A DNA stretch of 64,000 nucleotides from Christensenellales bacterium (GCA_050945855.1 JBMNTS010000004.1:5464-69463); one strand, 5' to 3'; counted from the stretch's first letter, positions 28,892-40,205 are shown. Made by a program: numbers and translations. Notes: generated by a model not told the origin, from the letters alone.

Positions 28892-30082
28892 ATGGTCTCT
28901 GAGAAAATTATAGAGAATGATAAAAAGTACTTGATTAAGAGCTATGCCCCTCATGACATAGTTCTTGTTAAGGGAGAAGGCTGCAAACTATATGACGCGG
29001 AGGGCAGGGAATACTTAGATTTTCTTGCGGGTATTGCGGTAAGCGTACTGGGTCACAATAATAAAAAGCTGGTAAGCGCGATTACCGCGCAGGCAAAAAA
29101 GGTATTGCTTACTTCGGGTTATTTCCATAACGAAAATTCGGGCAGGCTGGCGCAGGAACTGGTAAAAAACACTCATTTCAAAAGGGTGTTTTTTGCAAAC
29201 AGCGGAGCGGAAGCAAACGAGTGCGCCCTTAAAATCGCGAAAAAATATATGAACGACAACTGCCCGGGCAGATACAAAATAGTGGTTTGCGAAAAATCCT
29301 TCCATGGCAGAACAATAGCCACCGTCGCAGCGACCGGACAGGACAAATACAAAAAGCCCTTTTTACCTTTGCCGGACTGGTATATTCAAATACCCTTCAA
29401 CGATACGGAGGCGTTAAAGAAAGCGCTGTCCAACCCCGAAGTGGGAGCGTTTTTGGTAGAATGCATACAAGGGGAAGGCGGAGTAAGAGAGGCAAGCGCG
29501 GAATTTATACAGACGGCGCGCAAGCTGACAAGGCGGTACAATCAGCTTTTGATAGTTGACGAGATTCAGACGGGCTTATACCGTACGGGCAAGCAGTTTT
29601 CTTATATGCACTATCAAATCAAGCCGGATATTATCACAGTCGCCAAAGCGTTGGGCGGCGGAATCCCCATCGGGGCGTGCCTTGCGGGACGGCTGGTAGA
29701 GGATACAATACGGCCGGGCGACCACGGCACTACTTTCGGAGGCAATCCTCTTGCTACCGGCGTTGCCATGTTTGTGTTAAAGGAAATAAGAAAGACCAAA
29801 ACGCAACAGCATCTGGCGGAGATCGGCGAATATTTTTACGCTAAACTAAAGGAAGTCGCGGACAGGAAAGAAACTGTGGCCGAGCTGAGAGGCAAAGGGC
29901 TGATGCTGGGGCTAAACATTGTAAGCGGAGTAAACGTAAAAGATTACGTCAAGGCATTGATAGAAGAGGGCATACTTTGTACGGATGCGGGAGGCGATAC
30001 CCTGCGCTTTTTGCCTCCTTTCATAATTACCAAAGACGAAATAGATATTTTGATAGCAAAACTGGAAAAAGTCATAAAATAA
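28892..30082 (+). CDS. argD: Acetylornithine aminotransferase
   Basis: Class III aminotransferase ([17 protein letters not shown] Lys in AKALGGG). GGAGGTG RBS before the ATG at 28892. Confidence 0.9.
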   Translation: MVSEKIIENDKKYLIKSYAPHDIVLVKGEGCKLYDAEGREYLDFLAGIAVSVLGHNNKKLVSAITAQAKKVLLTSGYFHNENSGRLAQELVKNTHFKRVFFANSGAEANECALKIAKKYMNDNCPGRYKIVVCEKSFHGRTIATVAATGQDKYKKPFLPLPDWYIQIPFNDTEALKKALSNPEVGAFLVECIQGEGGVREASAEFIQTARKLTRRYNQLLIVDEIQTGLYRTGKQFSYMHYQIKPDIITVAKALGGGIPIGACLAGRLVEDTIRPGDHGTTFGGNPLATGVAMFVLKEIRKTKTQQHLAEIGEYFYAKLKEVADRKETVAELRGKGLMLGLNIVSGVNVKDYVKALIEEGILCTDAGGDTLRFLPPFIITKDEIDILIAKLEKVIK

Positions 30083-30095
30083 AGGCGGAGTCTAT

Positions 30096-33000
30096 ATGCC
30101 AAAACGGACGGACATAGAAAAAATATTAGTAATAGGAAGCGGGCCCATCATTATAGGTCAGGCGGCTGAATTTGATTATTCGGGCACTCAGGCATGCAAA
30201 GCGCTTAGGGAAGAAGGGTACAAGGTAGTGCTTATCAACAGCAATCCCGCGACCATAATGACAGACAGCGCGACGGCGGATACCGTATATATAGAACCCA
30301 TAAACCTGGAAATGGTTACCCAAATCATAGAAAGGGAGCGCCCGCAGGGCATTCTCCCCACATTGGGCGGGCAGACGGGGCTTAATATGGCAATCCAGCT
30401 TGCCAACGCGGGAACGCTGGAAAAATATAACGTTCGCCTGCTGGGCACTAAGCTGGAATCCATCAGCAAGGCGGAGGACAGGGAGCTTTTCCGCACGCTT
30501 ATGGACGAGCTTGGACAAAAAGTGCCTTCTTCGGATATAGTGACAAGCTATGAACAGGCAAAGCAGTTTGCCAAAAAGAACGGCTTTCCCGTAATCATCC
30601 GTCCCGCCTATACGCTGGGCGGCACGGGCGGCGGAATAGCCCACGACGACCACGAGTTCCAGGAAATCGTGCTTAAAGGGCTTAAGCACAGTATGATTCA
30701 TCAGGTAATATTGGAACAATCGGTTGCGGGCTGGAAGGAAATAGAGTTCGAGGTTATAAGAGACAGCAAGGATAATTGCATAATAGTATGCAGTATGGAA
30801 AACTTTGACCCCGTGGGCATCCATACGGGGGACAGCATAGTGGTAGCGCCCAGCCAGACGCTTTCGGATAAGGAATACCATATGCTTCGTTCCGCTTCGC
30901 TAAAGATAATTAAGGCGCTGGATATAGAAGGCGGATGCAATATTCAATTCGCGCTCAATCCTCAAAGCTATGAATACGTGGTAATTGAAGTCAATCCCAG
31001 GGTCAGCCGTTCCTCCGCTCTTGCCAGCAAAGCCACAGGCTATCCCATTGCGAGGGTTGCCTCAAAAATCGCGGTAGGTTTTACTTTGGACGAGATAAAA
31101 AACGACGTGACCGGATTAACTTATGCGGCAAGCGAGCCCGCGATAGATTACGTCGTTACCAAAGTGCCGCGCTTCCCCTTTGACAAATTCGCCACCGCGG
31201 ACAGGAAACTTGGCACGCAAATGAAGGCTACGGGCGAGGTTATGGCGATAGGGCGCTGCTTTGAGGAAAGCCTGCTAAAAGCTATAGACAGCCTTGATAT
31301 CAAAGTAAATTATCAATTCGGCATGCAGGCAATGAAGGCATGGTCTTTTGAAAAGCTGATGGAGGAGCTTGCCAAAGGCAACGACGAGCGTATTTTTATT
31401 ATCAGCGAAGCGTTTTGGCGCGGCGTCGGGATAGACGAAATTTTCGAGATTACCAAAATAGACAGGTTTTTCTTAGGCAAAATCTTAAATATCGTCAATC
31501 ACGCCAAAGCCCTGCAGAGCATTTCCTTAAAAGAATTGGATGTAGAGCTTATGCGCACCGTCAAATACTTAGGTTTTTCCGATTCGTATATAGCCAATCT
31601 GATGAACGTCAAAAAGGAGCAAATCGTAAAACTGCGCCATAGCTACGGCATATCCCCCGCCTTTAAAATGGTGGACACCTGCGCTGGAGAATACGAAGCC
31701 GTCACGCCATATTATTACAGCTGCTACGAGGACAACGACGAGTTAAAGGTAAACGACAGAAAAAAGGTGATAGTTCTGGGCAGCGGCCCTATACGCATTG
31801 GGCAAGGCATCGAGTTTGATTACTGCTCCGTGCATTGCGTTAAGGCGCTTAAAGAAATGGGGATTGAGAGCATAATAATAAACAGCAACCCCGAAACGGT
31901 AAGCACGGACTTTGATACCAGCGACAAGCTGTTTTTCGAGCCTCTGACTTACGAGTGCGTAATGGATATCATAGAAAAGGAGAAGCCGCACGGAGTAATA
32001 GTGCAATTCGGAGGACAAACAGCCATTAATCTGGCAAAACCGCTTTCGGACGCCGGCGTAACGGTGCTGGGCACCTCCGCGCAGGATATCGACAAAGCGG
32101 AAGCGCGGGACAAATTTATTACCGTGCTAAATGAACTGGGTATCCCGATGCCTCCGGGCAAAACGGTATTCAGTCTGGAGGAAGCGGCAAAAGAAGCGGA
32201 TGCGTTGGGCTTCCCCGTATTGGTGCGCCCCAGCTATGTGTTGGGCGGCAGGGCTATGGAGATAGTCTATAACCACAGCCATCTTAAAGAGTATATGAAT
32301 ATGGCGCTTGCGCTGGAAAACGAGCAGGCTATCCTCATTGACAAATACATCATGGGCAAGGAAATCGAGGTTGACGCCATAGGCGATACGGAGATGGTAG
32401 TTATCCCCGGGATTATGGAGCATATCGAGCGCGCGGGCGTGCACAGCGGAGACAGCATAAGCGTTTATCCCGCGCAGACCTTATCCGGCAAAATTATCAA
32501 GCTGATTGAGGATTATACAATACGGCTGGGCTTGCATCTAAAAATCAAAGGTATGTTTAATATCCAGTTCGTTATGGATAAAAAAGAAAATCTTTATGTA
32601 ATCGAGGTAAATCCCCGCGCCAGCCGCACCGTGCCTATTCTGACCAAGGTGACCAAAGTCAATATGGTCAACATAGCCACCGAGGTTATGCTGGGCAAAA
32701 AGCTGAAAGATATGGGCTTTAAGGGCGGTCTGGTAGCGCCGAGCGAATATATTACGGTCAAAGCGCCCGTATTCAGTTTCGCAAAAATGAATTCTGTGGA
32801 TATATCCCTTTCCCCGGAAATGAAATCCACAGGCGAAGTTATGGGAACGGACACCAATTACAAGGCGGCGCTCAAAAAAGCGCTGGTTGCCAGCGGAATA
32901 AACATCCCGCCTTCGGGCAATGTGCTGTTCGCGCTTGCGGACAGGGATAAGCCGGAAGGACTGCAGATAGCCCGTTCACTGATTAAGCGCGGCTATAAGC

Positions 33001-33296
33001 TGTTTGCCACGGATAAAACTTATGAATACTTTGCGCTTAACAATTTGAAATGCGAATTGATAAAAAAGGACGTGCTGATCAAAGTACTTCAAGAGGAAAA
33101 CAAAATAGATTTCATCATCACCACAGCCACTATGGGCAAGGACACTCACCGCACCGGCTTTGCCATCAGGCGCACCGCAATGGAGTTTAACGTGCCTTGC
33201 ATCACTTCGCTGGATACCGCGTCGGCTGTAATATTCGCTTTTTCGGGCATAGTGCACGACAAAGTGATGAGCCTTAACGAATACGGAGGGAATTAA
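30096..33296 (+). CDS. carB: Carbamoyl-phosphate synthase large subunit
   Basis: 1066 aa with duplicated ATP-grasp halves ([14 protein letters not shown] and [11 protein letters not shown]) and an MGS-like C-terminal domain. Confidence 0.97.
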   Translation: MPKRTDIEKILVIGSGPIIIGQAAEFDYSGTQACKALREEGYKVVLINSNPATIMTDSATADTVYIEPINLEMVTQIIERERPQGILPTLGGQTGLNMAIQLANAGTLEKYNVRLLGTKLESISKAEDRELFRTLMDELGQKVPSSDIVTSYEQAKQFAKKNGFPVIIRPAYTLGGTGGGIAHDDHEFQEIVLKGLKHSMIHQVILEQSVAGWKEIEFEVIRDSKDNCIIVCSMENFDPVGIHTGDSIVVAPSQTLSDKEYHMLRSASLKIIKALDIEGGCNIQFALNPQSYEYVVIEVNPRVSRSSALASKATGYPIARVASKIAVGFTLDEIKNDVTGLTYAASEPAIDYVVTKVPRFPFDKFATADRKLGTQMKATGEVMAIGRCFEESLLKAIDSLDIKVNYQFGMQAMKAWSFEKLMEELAKGNDERIFIISEAFWRGVGIDEIFEITKIDRFFLGKILNIVNHAKALQSISLKELDVELMRTVKYLGFSDSYIANLMNVKKEQIVKLRHSYGISPAFKMVDTCAGEYEAVTPYYYSCYEDNDELKVNDRKKVIVLGSGPIRIGQGIEFDYCSVHCVKALKEMGIESIIINSNPETVSTDFDTSDKLFFEPLTYECVMDIIEKEKPHGVIVQFGGQTAINLAKPLSDAGVTVLGTSAQDIDKAEARDKFITVLNELGIPMPPGKTVFSLEEAAKEADALGFPVLVRPSYVLGGRAMEIVYNHSHLKEYMNMALALENEQAILIDKYIMGKEIEVDAIGDTEMVVIPGIMEHIERAGVHSGDSISVYPAQTLSGKIIKLIEDYTIRLGLHLKIKGMFNIQFVMDKKENLYVIEVNPRASRTVPILTKVTKVNMVNIATEVMLGKKLKDMGFKGGLVAPSEYITVKAPVFSFAKMNSVDISLSPEMKSTGEVMGTDTNYKAALKKALVASGINIPPSGNVLFALADRDKPEGLQIARSLIKRGYKLFATDKTYEYFALNNLKCELIKKDVLIKVLQEENKIDFIITTATMGKDTHRTGFAIRRTAMEFNVPCITSLDTASAVIFAFSGIVHDKVMSLNEYGGN

Positions 33297-33298
33297 TT

Positions 33299-34249
33299 AT
33301 GGACATTTCCGCTTACAAGCCGAACTGCAAATTGAACAACAAACACTTGCTTACCTTGCGCGATTACTCAAAGGAAGAAATTTTTGAGATACTGTGCCTT
33401 GCAAAGGAAATTAAGGACGAATACAAAAGCGGGGCGCAGCGCAACACGCTGAAAAACAAAGTGCTTGCAATGATTTTTGCCAAATCCTCCACCAGAACGC
33501 GGCTGTCCTTTGAAATGGGCATGCACCAGTTGGGCGGGTCAAGTATCTTTTTATCCGCGCTGGATATCCAGATGGGCAGGAGCGAAAACATTGCCGATAC
33601 CGCAAGAGTCATTTCCAGGATGGGGATAAGCGGGCTTATGATAAGGACTTATAATCATTCCGACGTGGAAGATTTTGCGCGCATGGGCAGCATCCCCGTA
33701 ATAAACGGCCTTACCGACGACTACCATCCTTGCCAGGCGCTGGCGGACGTAATGACGGCGTGGGAAAAGAAAGGTCATATCAAAGGACTTAAAATGGTGT
33801 TTATGGGGGACGGCAACAACGTTACTCATTCCCTAATGGTAATAAGCGCAAAACTGGGTATAGATTTTACCGCGATTTGCCCTAAAGATTATTCTCCGAG
33901 CAAGGAAGTATATGATTATTGCCAAAGCATAGGCGGAAAGGTAAAAGTGACCGACCAGATTAAGAGCAGCCTTGCAGGCGCGGACGTGGTATACACCGAT
34001 GTTGTGTTCAGTATGGGACAGCCTAAGAGCAAAGAAAAGGCGTTTGCGCTGCTCCCTTATCAGGTAAACGACACCATTATGGATATGGCGGGACCGGGCG
34101 CGCTCTTTATGCATTGTATGCCCGCCCACAGGGAGGAAGAAGTTACGGCAAGCGTGATAGACGGACCGCAAAGCGTAGTTTTGGATGAGGCGGAGAACCG
34201 CCTGCACGTTCAAAAAGCGGTATTGGAGCTGCTGCTGCGCGATTATTAA
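33299..34249 (+). CDS. argF: Ornithine carbamoyltransferase
   Basis: STRTR carbamoyl-phosphate motif, HPCQALAD, and HCMPAH (HCLP-type) motif. Confidence 0.95.
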   Translation: MDISAYKPNCKLNNKHLLTLRDYSKEEIFEILCLAKEIKDEYKSGAQRNTLKNKVLAMIFAKSSTRTRLSFEMGMHQLGGSSIFLSALDIQMGRSENIADTARVISRMGISGLMIRTYNHSDVEDFARMGSIPVINGLTDDYHPCQALADVMTAWEKKGHIKGLKMVFMGDGNNVTHSLMVISAKLGIDFTAICPKDYSPSKEVYDYCQSIGGKVKVTDQIKSSLAGADVVYTDVVFSMGQPKSKEKAFALLPYQVNDTIMDMAGPGALFMHCMPAHREEEVTASVIDGPQSVVLDEAENRLHVQKAVLELLLRDY

Positions 34250-34263
34250 TACATATCGAGACA

Positions 34264-34300
34264 ACAAAAACGGCAATGTGTTTCGCATTGCCGTTTTTTT
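34264..34300. terminator. Bidirectional terminator between the convergent argF and argH genes
   Basis: CGGCAATG-tgtttcg-CATTGCCG, flanked by an A-run and a T-run. Confidence 0.75.
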
Positions 34301-35675
34301 AATATTGAGCCAGCCTTTCTTCCAGCTTTTCCAAGGAAGATAGCACCGCTTGTGGCGAAGTCCCTCCTCCGGAGCGGCGTTTGTCTACTGTTTCTTTAAT
34401 ATCTATTGCCTGATATACATCTTGATCGAATAAAGAACTGAATTGCGCAAGCTCCGCAAGCGTAAGCTCCTCCATGACTTTGTTATTGGCTATACAGTAA
34501 TTTACAATTTTACCGCTTAGCTTGTAAGCGTCCCTGAAAGGCATACCTTTAAGGGTAAGATAGTCAGCCAAATCGGTGGCGTTAATAAAGCCGCTTTTCG
34601 CGGAATCCAGCATCCTTTGCTTGTTGAAGGTTGCGGTAAGCAGCATTTTCTCCATAATAACGATACTGCCGTACAAGTCCTTTTCACATTCCAAGAGTAT
34701 GCCTTTATCTTCCTGCAAATCCTTGTTGTACGCCAGGGGCAGCCCTTTTAGCAGAGCAAGCATGGAAGTAAGCGCGCCTATTGCCTTTGCGCTTTTGCCC
34801 CTTATCAATTCCGCCATATCCGGGTTTTTCTTTTGCGGCATAATGCTGCTGCCCGTGGAATAAGCGTCGGAAAGAGAAATATACCCGTATTCGTTGCTTG
34901 CCCAGGTAATTATCTCTTCGCTCAGTCTGGACAGGTGAATAAAGACGGTATTTGCGCAGAACAAATATTCAAGCGCAAAATCCCTGTCGGAAACGCTGTC
35001 CATAGCGTTGGCGGTCACTCCCGCAAATCCCAGCTCTTTGGCGGTCATTTCACGATTGATGCCAAAGGTAGTGCCTGCCAGCGCGCCAGAGCCCAGCGGG
35101 CAAAGGTTGGTCCGTTTCAGCGCGTCCGAAAAACGGGTAATATCCCTGTAAAACATTTCGCCGTACGCGGCAAGGTGAAAGGCAAGGGTGACGGGCTGCG
35201 CCTTCTGCAAATGGGTAAATCCCGGCATATAAGTATGCAAATGTTCTTTTGCCAGTTTGATTAAGCTCTTTACAAGGGATATCAGCGCGCCCTTAATCTT
35301 ATCTATGGACGAGATAACGTACAACTTAAAATCGGTGACAACCTGGTCGTTGCGGCTGCGCGCGGTATGCAGGCGTTTGCCCGCCTCTCCGATTTTTTGG
35401 GTCAGATGGTTTTCGATAAAGGTATGGATATCCTCGGCGTTCTCGATTGCCAATGCGCCGCTTTCTATTTCCTCTTTAATCTCCTCCAGCCCCTTTACGA
35501 TAGCCTCCGCGTCCTCACATGAGATGATTTTGCATTCCCCAAGCATTTTGGCGTGCGCTATGCTGCCTGAAATATCCTGCTTGTAAATGGCCTTGTCTAC
35601 AGGTAAAGAGGTATTAAATTCTTCGGCAAACTTGTCAATATCATTTTCCAGCCTGCCTTTCCACAGTTTATCCAT
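34299..35675 (-). CDS. argH: Argininosuccinate lyase
   Basis: Fumarate-lyase signature [15 protein letters not shown]. Full-length ASL-like sequence. Confidence 0.96.
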   Translation of the reverse strand: MDKLWKGRLENDIDKFAEEFNTSLPVDKAIYKQDISGSIAHAKMLGECKIISCEDAEAIVKGLEEIKEEIESGALAIENAEDIHTFIENHLTQKIGEAGKRLHTARSRNDQVVTDFKLYVISSIDKIKGALISLVKSLIKLAKEHLHTYMPGFTHLQKAQPVTLAFHLAAYGEMFYRDITRFSDALKRTNLCPLGSGALAGTTFGINREMTAKELGFAGVTANAMDSVSDRDFALEYLFCANTVFIHLSRLSEEIITWASNEYGYISLSDAYSTGSSIMPQKKNPDMAELIRGKSAKAIGALTSMLALLKGLPLAYNKDLQEDKGILLECEKDLYGSIVIMEKMLLTATFNKQRMLDSAKSGFINATDLADYLTLKGMPFRDAYKLSGKIVNYCIANNKVMEELTLAELAQFSSLFDQDVYQAIDIKETVDKRRSGGGTSPQAVLSSLEKLEERLAQY

Positions 35676-36903
35676 TTTTTTTGTTTCCGATTAATTTTTC
35701 TTTATAATCATTGATTTTCATAGCCCTGACCTTGAGAGGCAAGCCAAACAGATTGATAAAGCCCGCGCTGTCCTTTTGGTCGTATACTTCGTCCTCGTCA
35801 AAGGTGGCTATATCTATATCGTGCAGGGAAAAGGGACTCTTTTTGCCCGCGGGTATAACGTTGCCCTTGTATAACTTTAGTTTAACGGTGCCCGTAACCG
35901 TGCTTTGCGTAGAGTCTACAAAAGCCTTTAGCGCATCCATCAGCGGAGTGTACCAATTGCCGTCGTAAGCCAGGTCCGCGAACTTTATACCGATCTCCTG
36001 CTTGTAGTGCAAGGTGTTGCGGTCAAGGCAGATTTCCTCCAGTTCGCTGTGCGCCTGCATAAGGATAGTGCCGCCGGGCGTCTCATAAACGCCTCTGGAT
36101 TTCATACCCACAAGACGGTTTTCCACCATGTCGGCAATGCCTATAGCGTGCTTTGCGCCCAATTTATTAAGATAATCCAGCAAGGCGACAGGCTCCAGTT
36201 TTTTGCCGTCCACCGCCACGGGGATACCCTTTTCAAAATCTATGGTGACGTATTCCGCAGTATCCGGAGCTTTTTCCGGAGAGTTGCATATCAGCAGCAA
36301 ATCTTCGGGCTTTTCATTCCACGGGTCCTCCAATACGTGTCCTTCGTGAGAGAGGTGCAGCAGGTTGCGGTCCATGGAATAGGGACGCTTTTTGGTTACC
36401 GGGATAGGTATACCTTTGGACATGGCGTAATCTATCGCTTCGCTTCTGCTCTTAATCTTCCAAATGCGCCATGGAGCGATTATTTTGGTTTCGGGGCGCA
36501 AAGCCTTTATAGTCAACTCAAAACGCACCTGATCATTGCCCTTGCCCGTACATCCGTGCGCGATAGCGTCCGCGCCTTCCTCATTCGCCACCTCTACAAG
36601 CGCCTTGGCTATCAGCGGACGGGCAATAGAAGTGCCCAGCAAATATTTTTTCTCGTAAAGCGCGCCCGATTTAATCAAAGGATATACAAAGTCCGTAACA
36701 AATTCGGACTTCAAATCCTTGATATATAATTTGGAAGCGCCTGATTTAATAGCCTTTTCGTTAAGGGGAGCCAACTCCTCTCCCTGACCCACGTCGGCTG
36801 CCATAGCTATTACTTCGCAATCGTAATTTTCTTTAAGCCATGGGATAATTATCGAGGTATCCAATCCGCCCGAATAGGCGAGTACTATTTTCATTTTTGC
36901 CAT
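35668..36903 (-). CDS. argG: Argininosuccinate synthase
   Basis: [10 protein letters not shown]-loop and [13 protein letters not shown]. The start at MAKMKIV (36903) lies downstream of the mapped promoter, whereas the track start at 36945 lies inside it. Confidence 0.95.
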   Translation of the reverse strand: MAKMKIVLAYSGGLDTSIIIPWLKENYDCEVIAMAADVGQGEELAPLNEKAIKSGASKLYIKDLKSEFVTDFVYPLIKSGALYEKKYLLGTSIARPLIAKALVEVANEEGADAIAHGCTGKGNDQVRFELTIKALRPETKIIAPWRIWKIKSRSEAIDYAMSKGIPIPVTKKRPYSMDRNLLHLSHEGHVLEDPWNEKPEDLLLICNSPEKAPDTAEYVTIDFEKGIPVAVDGKKLEPVALLDYLNKLGAKHAIGIADMVENRLVGMKSRGVYETPGGTILMQAHSELEEICLDRNTLHYKQEIGIKFADLAYDGNWYTPLMDALKAFVDSTQSTVTGTVKLKLYKGNVIPAGKKSPFSLHDIDIATFDEDEVYDQKDSAGFINLFGLPLKVRAMKINDYKEKLIGNKKNG

Positions 36904-36936
36904 TATAGAAATCTCCGTTTTTTTAATGATAAGTTT

Positions 36937-36966
36937 ATTATACATAATTATGAATAAATATACAAC
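36937..36966 (-). promoter_or_regulatory. argGH promoter (TTGTAT-17 nt-TATAAT) overlapped by an ARG box (TATGAATAAATATACAAC on the + strand, 36949-36966)
   Basis: Read from the sequence. The box resembles the AhrC/ArgR consensus CATGAATAAAAATKCAAK and covers the -35 hexamer and spacer. Confidence 0.65.
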
Positions 36967-37114
36967 TAAATTTGATTAGTATTTATATTAAAAAAGAATA
37001 ATCGGGGATAAAGCCCGCAAAAATCCGCAATCTGTCTAAAACGTCTTTTTTCTTTTACGCTGTTGCATTTTATTTATAATTATAGTATTATTAAGCTATA
37101 TGAGGAGGTGCTGT

Positions 37115-37819
37115 ATGCCCAGAGGAATCAAAAAGGAAAGAAGGTACTTAAGAGGACGCATAGTTCCTTTCCTGACCTTGTGCAGTTCTGTTATTTTTAT
37201 ATTGTTTTATTTTGGCAATTTTATCGCGGGCGACAAGAGTATCACGGGGTTTAACGCCGCGTTGGGCTTTTTGGACTGGCCTGTGCTGAGCGGTTTTAAT
37301 TTTTCTCAAAACGGCGCGTATTATCAGGAATTTTTCAGCGTAATGGACTTGAGTCTGAAGCCTTTTAGCTTTAATCAGCTTCTTACGGTTTCGGGAGTAT
37401 ATTTATTGCCGTTAGCTTCCGCTTTTGCCCTGATTAGCGCCGCGCTTAGCGTGATTTTCTCCGCTAAGAATCTGCTTTTTGCCAAAATGAGAATAAAGCT
37501 GGAAAAACTGACCTTAAATATGCTTATCGGCAGCGTGCTTGCGGTATTCTGTATACCCGCTCTTTTGCCCGGCCAATCATATTTTGAAGGATTTGGAGAA
37601 TTCCTTGTGTTTAAATCATCTCTCAGAGCGGGTGTTTTCGGACTGTTGGCTATTTTGCTTTCCGTACTTTTATTCATTCTTCCTTATTTTGTCCGCACAA
37701 TATACCGCATTAACTACAGAATTAACACCCTTGAGCAGGACAGTCTTGTCCGTGCCAGTGACAAGGTATCCTACAGAAAAAGAAAACGTTACGATAAAGG
37801 ATACAAATCTATCAGATAA
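37115..37819 (+). CDS. Hypothetical polytopic membrane protein
   Basis: GAGGAGGTG RBS 4 nt before the ATG at 37115. About 5 hydrophobic helices and a basic C-terminal tail. No family recognised. Confidence 0.6.
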   Translation: MPRGIKKERRYLRGRIVPFLTLCSSVIFILFYFGNFIAGDKSITGFNAALGFLDWPVLSGFNFSQNGAYYQEFFSVMDLSLKPFSFNQLLTVSGVYLLPLASAFALISAALSVIFSAKNLLFAKMRIKLEKLTLNMLIGSVLAVFCIPALLPGQSYFEGFGEFLVFKSSLRAGVFGLLAILLSVLLFILPYFVRTIYRINYRINTLEQDSLVRASDKVSYRKRKRYDKGYKSIR

Positions 37820-37835
37820 AACCTATACAATCACA

Positions 37836-37866
37836 AAAATGACGGAGCGGGAGCGCTCCGTTTTTT
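37836..37866. terminator. Bidirectional terminator shared by the 37115 gene and the sigF operon
   Basis: ACGGAGCG-ggag-CGCTCCGT, flanked by an A-run and a T-run. Confidence 0.75.
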
Positions 37867-38578
37867 ATTGCAGCAATTCCTTGCGAAGCAATTCTATAAT
37901 CTTTCCCTCCAGTCTGGAGACCTGCACCTGACTTACGCCCAATTCCACGGCGATTTCGCTTTGCGTTTTGTCCCGGAAATATCTCAGCATAATTATCTTT
38001 TTGTCCCTCTCGTCCAGTTTGGAAATAAGGTCTTTCAACAGCATTTTGTCTATGGTGTCGTCCAGACTGCCCTTTGCGCTCAGGCGGTCTACCAGACTCA
38101 GTCCGTCGTCGTTTTCCTGATAAATGGAGATAGGGTAATGGCTGCTCTCCATAGTGATTACCACCTCTTCCTTTTCCATATTAAACGCTTGCGCTATCTC
38201 CTCCACAGTTGGCTCCTTTTTATATTCCTGCCTGTAATTTTCAATGAAAGTATTGAATTTCATTGACATGTTTTTCATGGAGCGGCTGACCTTAATCGCT
38301 CCGTCGTCGCGTATAAAACGTTTGATTTCCCCCGCTATCATAGGTACCGCGTAAGTACTGAATTTCACATTGAAGGAAGTGTCAAAATTGTTGATGGCCT
38401 TAATCAAGCCCAGCGTTCCGAGCTGCATCAGGTCGTCATACTCCACCTGCTTGTTAGTGTATCTGCGCACTATGCTTTTGATAAGAGGGGTATTATGCTT
38501 TAAGATTTCCGCTTTAGCTTCGATTTCGCCGTTTTGCGCCTTTTCAATCAGCTTTAGTATATCTTCATTGCTTAACAA
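37865..38578 (-). CDS. sigF: Sporulation sigma factor SigF
   Basis: Sigma-70 regions 2-4 (DLMQLGTLGLIKAINNFD, FSTYAVPMIAGEIKRFIRD, QSEIAVELGVSQVQVSRLE). Third gene of the spoIIA operon. Confidence 0.95.
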   Translation of the reverse strand: MLSNEDILKLIEKAQNGEIEAKAEILKHNTPLIKSIVRRYTNKQVEYDDLMQLGTLGLIKAINNFDTSFNVKFSTYAVPMIAGEIKRFIRDDGAIKVSRSMKNMSMKFNTFIENYRQEYKKEPTVEEIAQAFNMEKEEVVITMESSHYPISIYQENDDGLSLVDRLSAKGSLDDTIDKMLLKDLISKLDERDKKIIMLRYFRDKTQSEIAVELGVSQVQVSRLEGKIIELLRKELLQ

Positions 38579-38585
38579 GCCCCAC

Positions 38586-39002
38586 CTAAGCCAGTTGCTT
38601 TTTCATCAATACCGTGGTACCCGCGAAAGGCTTGCTCAACACGTTGAGGCTGTCCATAAACGAGCGCATTATCGTAAAGCCCAGCCCGCTTCGCTCCTCT
38701 CTGGAGCTTGAAGTGTAAAAATCCTTTAGCGCCATTTCCACGTTTTCTATGCCGCATCCGCTGTCTTTTACAGTCAAGAACAGGGTATGGTCTATTATTT
38801 CGGCTTCGATAACGACTTCGCCTTGGTTGCCTTTATACGCGTGGACAATAGCATTGGTGACCGCTTCGGATACCGCCGTTTTTATATCGCTTAAAATATC
38901 TATCGTAGGGTTTTCCGCGACGCAAAACGCGCCGACCACGCTGCGGGCAAAGCCTAAATTTTCTTCTATCGCCTTAAATGTTAAAGTCATTTTATTATCC
39001 AT
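38586..39002 (-). CDS. spoIIAB: Anti-sigma F factor / serine kinase SpoIIAB
   Basis: HATPase N-box EAVTNAIVHAY, G-box DSGCGIEN, GLGFTIM. Confidence 0.95.
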   Translation of the reverse strand: MDNKMTLTFKAIEENLGFARSVVGAFCVAENPTIDILSDIKTAVSEAVTNAIVHAYKGNQGEVVIEAEIIDHTLFLTVKDSGCGIENVEMALKDFYTSSSREERSGLGFTIMRSFMDSLNVLSKPFAGTTVLMKKQLA

Positions 39003-39013
39003 ATTGCCTCCGT

Positions 39014-39322
39014 TTACCCTACCTTGGGTATTATTGTGTAAATTCCGCTGACGCCCAATACTTTATCTATCTGGCGTGAAGGTTGCTCAATATAAATAGG
39101 CACGCCCCGTTCGCGCAATTGCTTATAGCGCGCAAGCAGCACCCCGATAAAGGTGCTGTCCACAAATTGCAGTCCGCTCATATTAAATATCACTTTCTTT
39201 AATGGTCTTGCGGTAAGCAGGCTGTTTAATCGGGCTTTTACCTCCGCCGATTTGCTTTGGTCTATCTCCCCGTAAAGGAAGATGTACAACTCTCCGTTTC
39301 TGTTTTTGCTGTCTATCTGCAT
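39014..39322 (-). CDS. spoIIAA: Anti-sigma F factor antagonist SpoIIAA (STAS domain)
   Basis: STAS fold with a phosphorylatable Ser context (VDSTFIGVLL). GGAGG RBS. Confidence 0.93.
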   Translation of the reverse strand: MQIDSKNRNGELYIFLYGEIDQSKSAEVKARLNSLLTARPLKKVIFNMSGLQFVDSTFIGVLLARYKQLRERGVPIYIEQPSRQIDKVLGVSGIYTIIPKVG

Positions 39323-39468
39323 AATGCCTCCGCATTAATTATAAAGGAGAAATCAATAAGTAAATTGCATGATTTTGCCTAAATTTAGTTTTAATTGCCA
39401 ACTGCCTTTATAAGCAAAAAGGTAAAGAAAATAATTTTTTCCTTTTTAAAAATTGCCGGCAAAATCCG

Positions 39469-39497
39469 TTGACAAAATGTCCATTTTAATATATATT
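39469..39497 (+). promoter_or_regulatory. Candidate sigma-A promoter for the tRNA cluster (TTGACA-17 nt-TATATT)
   Basis: Read from the sequence, about 28 nt upstream of the first tRNA. Confidence 0.55.
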
Positions 39498-39524
39498 AAG
39501 TAAAGTCACTTTAAGGTTTCCCAG

Positions 39525-39601
39525 CGGGGTGTGGCGCAGTTTGGTAGCGCACATGGTTTGGGACCATGGGGCCGGGAGTTCAAATCTCTTCACCCCGACC
39601 A
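39525..39601 (+). tRNA. tRNA-Pro (anticodon TGG)
   Basis: Hand-folded cloverleaf. Acceptor CGGGGTG/CACCCCG, anticodon loop TTTGGGA, T-loop GTTCAAATC, encoded CCA. Confidence 0.92.
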
Positions 39602-39619
39602 AAAAACCTGCCTTATAGT

Positions 39620-39696
39620 GGGCCTTTAGCTCAGTTGGTCAGAGCGGCCGGCTCATAACCGGTTGGTCCGCGGTTCGAGTCCGTGAAGGCCCACCA
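39620..39696 (+). tRNA. tRNA with anticodon CAT; an elongator type, probably lysidine-modified tRNA-Ile2 rather than tRNA-Met
   Basis: Acceptor GGGCCTT/AAGGCCC has a G1-C72 pair, so it is not an initiator. Anticodon loop CTCATAA. The GGNCCTTTAGCTCAGTTGGT..GGCTCATAACC pattern resembles Bacillus/E. coli tRNA-Ile2 as I recall them. Encoded CCA. Confidence 0.85.
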
Positions 39697-39713
39697 AAAA
39701 ACCTTATCTTTGC

Positions 39714-39790
39714 GGTCCGGTAGTTCAGCTGGTTAGAACGCTAGCCTGTCACGCTAGAGGTCGAGGGTTCGAGTCCCTTCCGGATCGCCA
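39714..39790 (+). tRNA. tRNA-Asp (anticodon GTC)
   Basis: Acceptor GGTCCGG/CCGGATC, anticodon stem CTAGC/GCTAG with loop CTGTCAC, encoded CCA. Confidence 0.92.
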
Positions 39791-39795
39791 CTTAT

Positions 39796-39871
<76 letters not shown>

Positions 39872-40032
39872 TCACCTAAAAGGGCGAGACATCGCTTTTT
39901 TTAATTAAGGTGCAGGTACCGTATTGGGGTACCGCGACCTGCGACCGGCGTAATGTAGATAAGTTAAAAAACCGTTAAAACGTGTAAATTGCTTGCATTT
40001 AACGCATAATATATGCTAATATATTTTGGCGC

Positions 40033-40108
40033 GCTGGTTTAGCTCAATAGGTAGAGCAGCTGATTTGTAATCAGCAGGTCGAAGGTTCAAGTCCTTTAAC
40101 CAGCTCCA
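40033..40108 (+). tRNA. tRNA-Thr (anticodon TGT)
   Basis: Acceptor GCTGGTT/AACCAGC, anticodon stem GCTGA/TCAGC with loop TTTGTAA, encoded CCA. Confidence 0.9.
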
Positions 40109-40110
40109 TA

Positions 40111-40196
<86 letters not shown>

Positions 40197-40205
40197 AATC
40201 ACAAA

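Noticed and set aside
36007-36729. 240-aa plus-strand ORF inside argG; similar long antisense ORFs lie in carB (30126-30881) and glyA (8976-9749)
   Set aside because: All are antisense to highly conserved enzymes whose sense frames are unambiguous, so they were treated as shadow ORFs.
39323-39468. Sigma-H / Spo0A-box promoter for the spoIIA operon
   Set aside because: An AAAGGAAAA -35-like element is present on the minus strand, but no convincing GAAT -10 element or TGNCGAA 0A box could be aligned at proper spacing, so it was not called.
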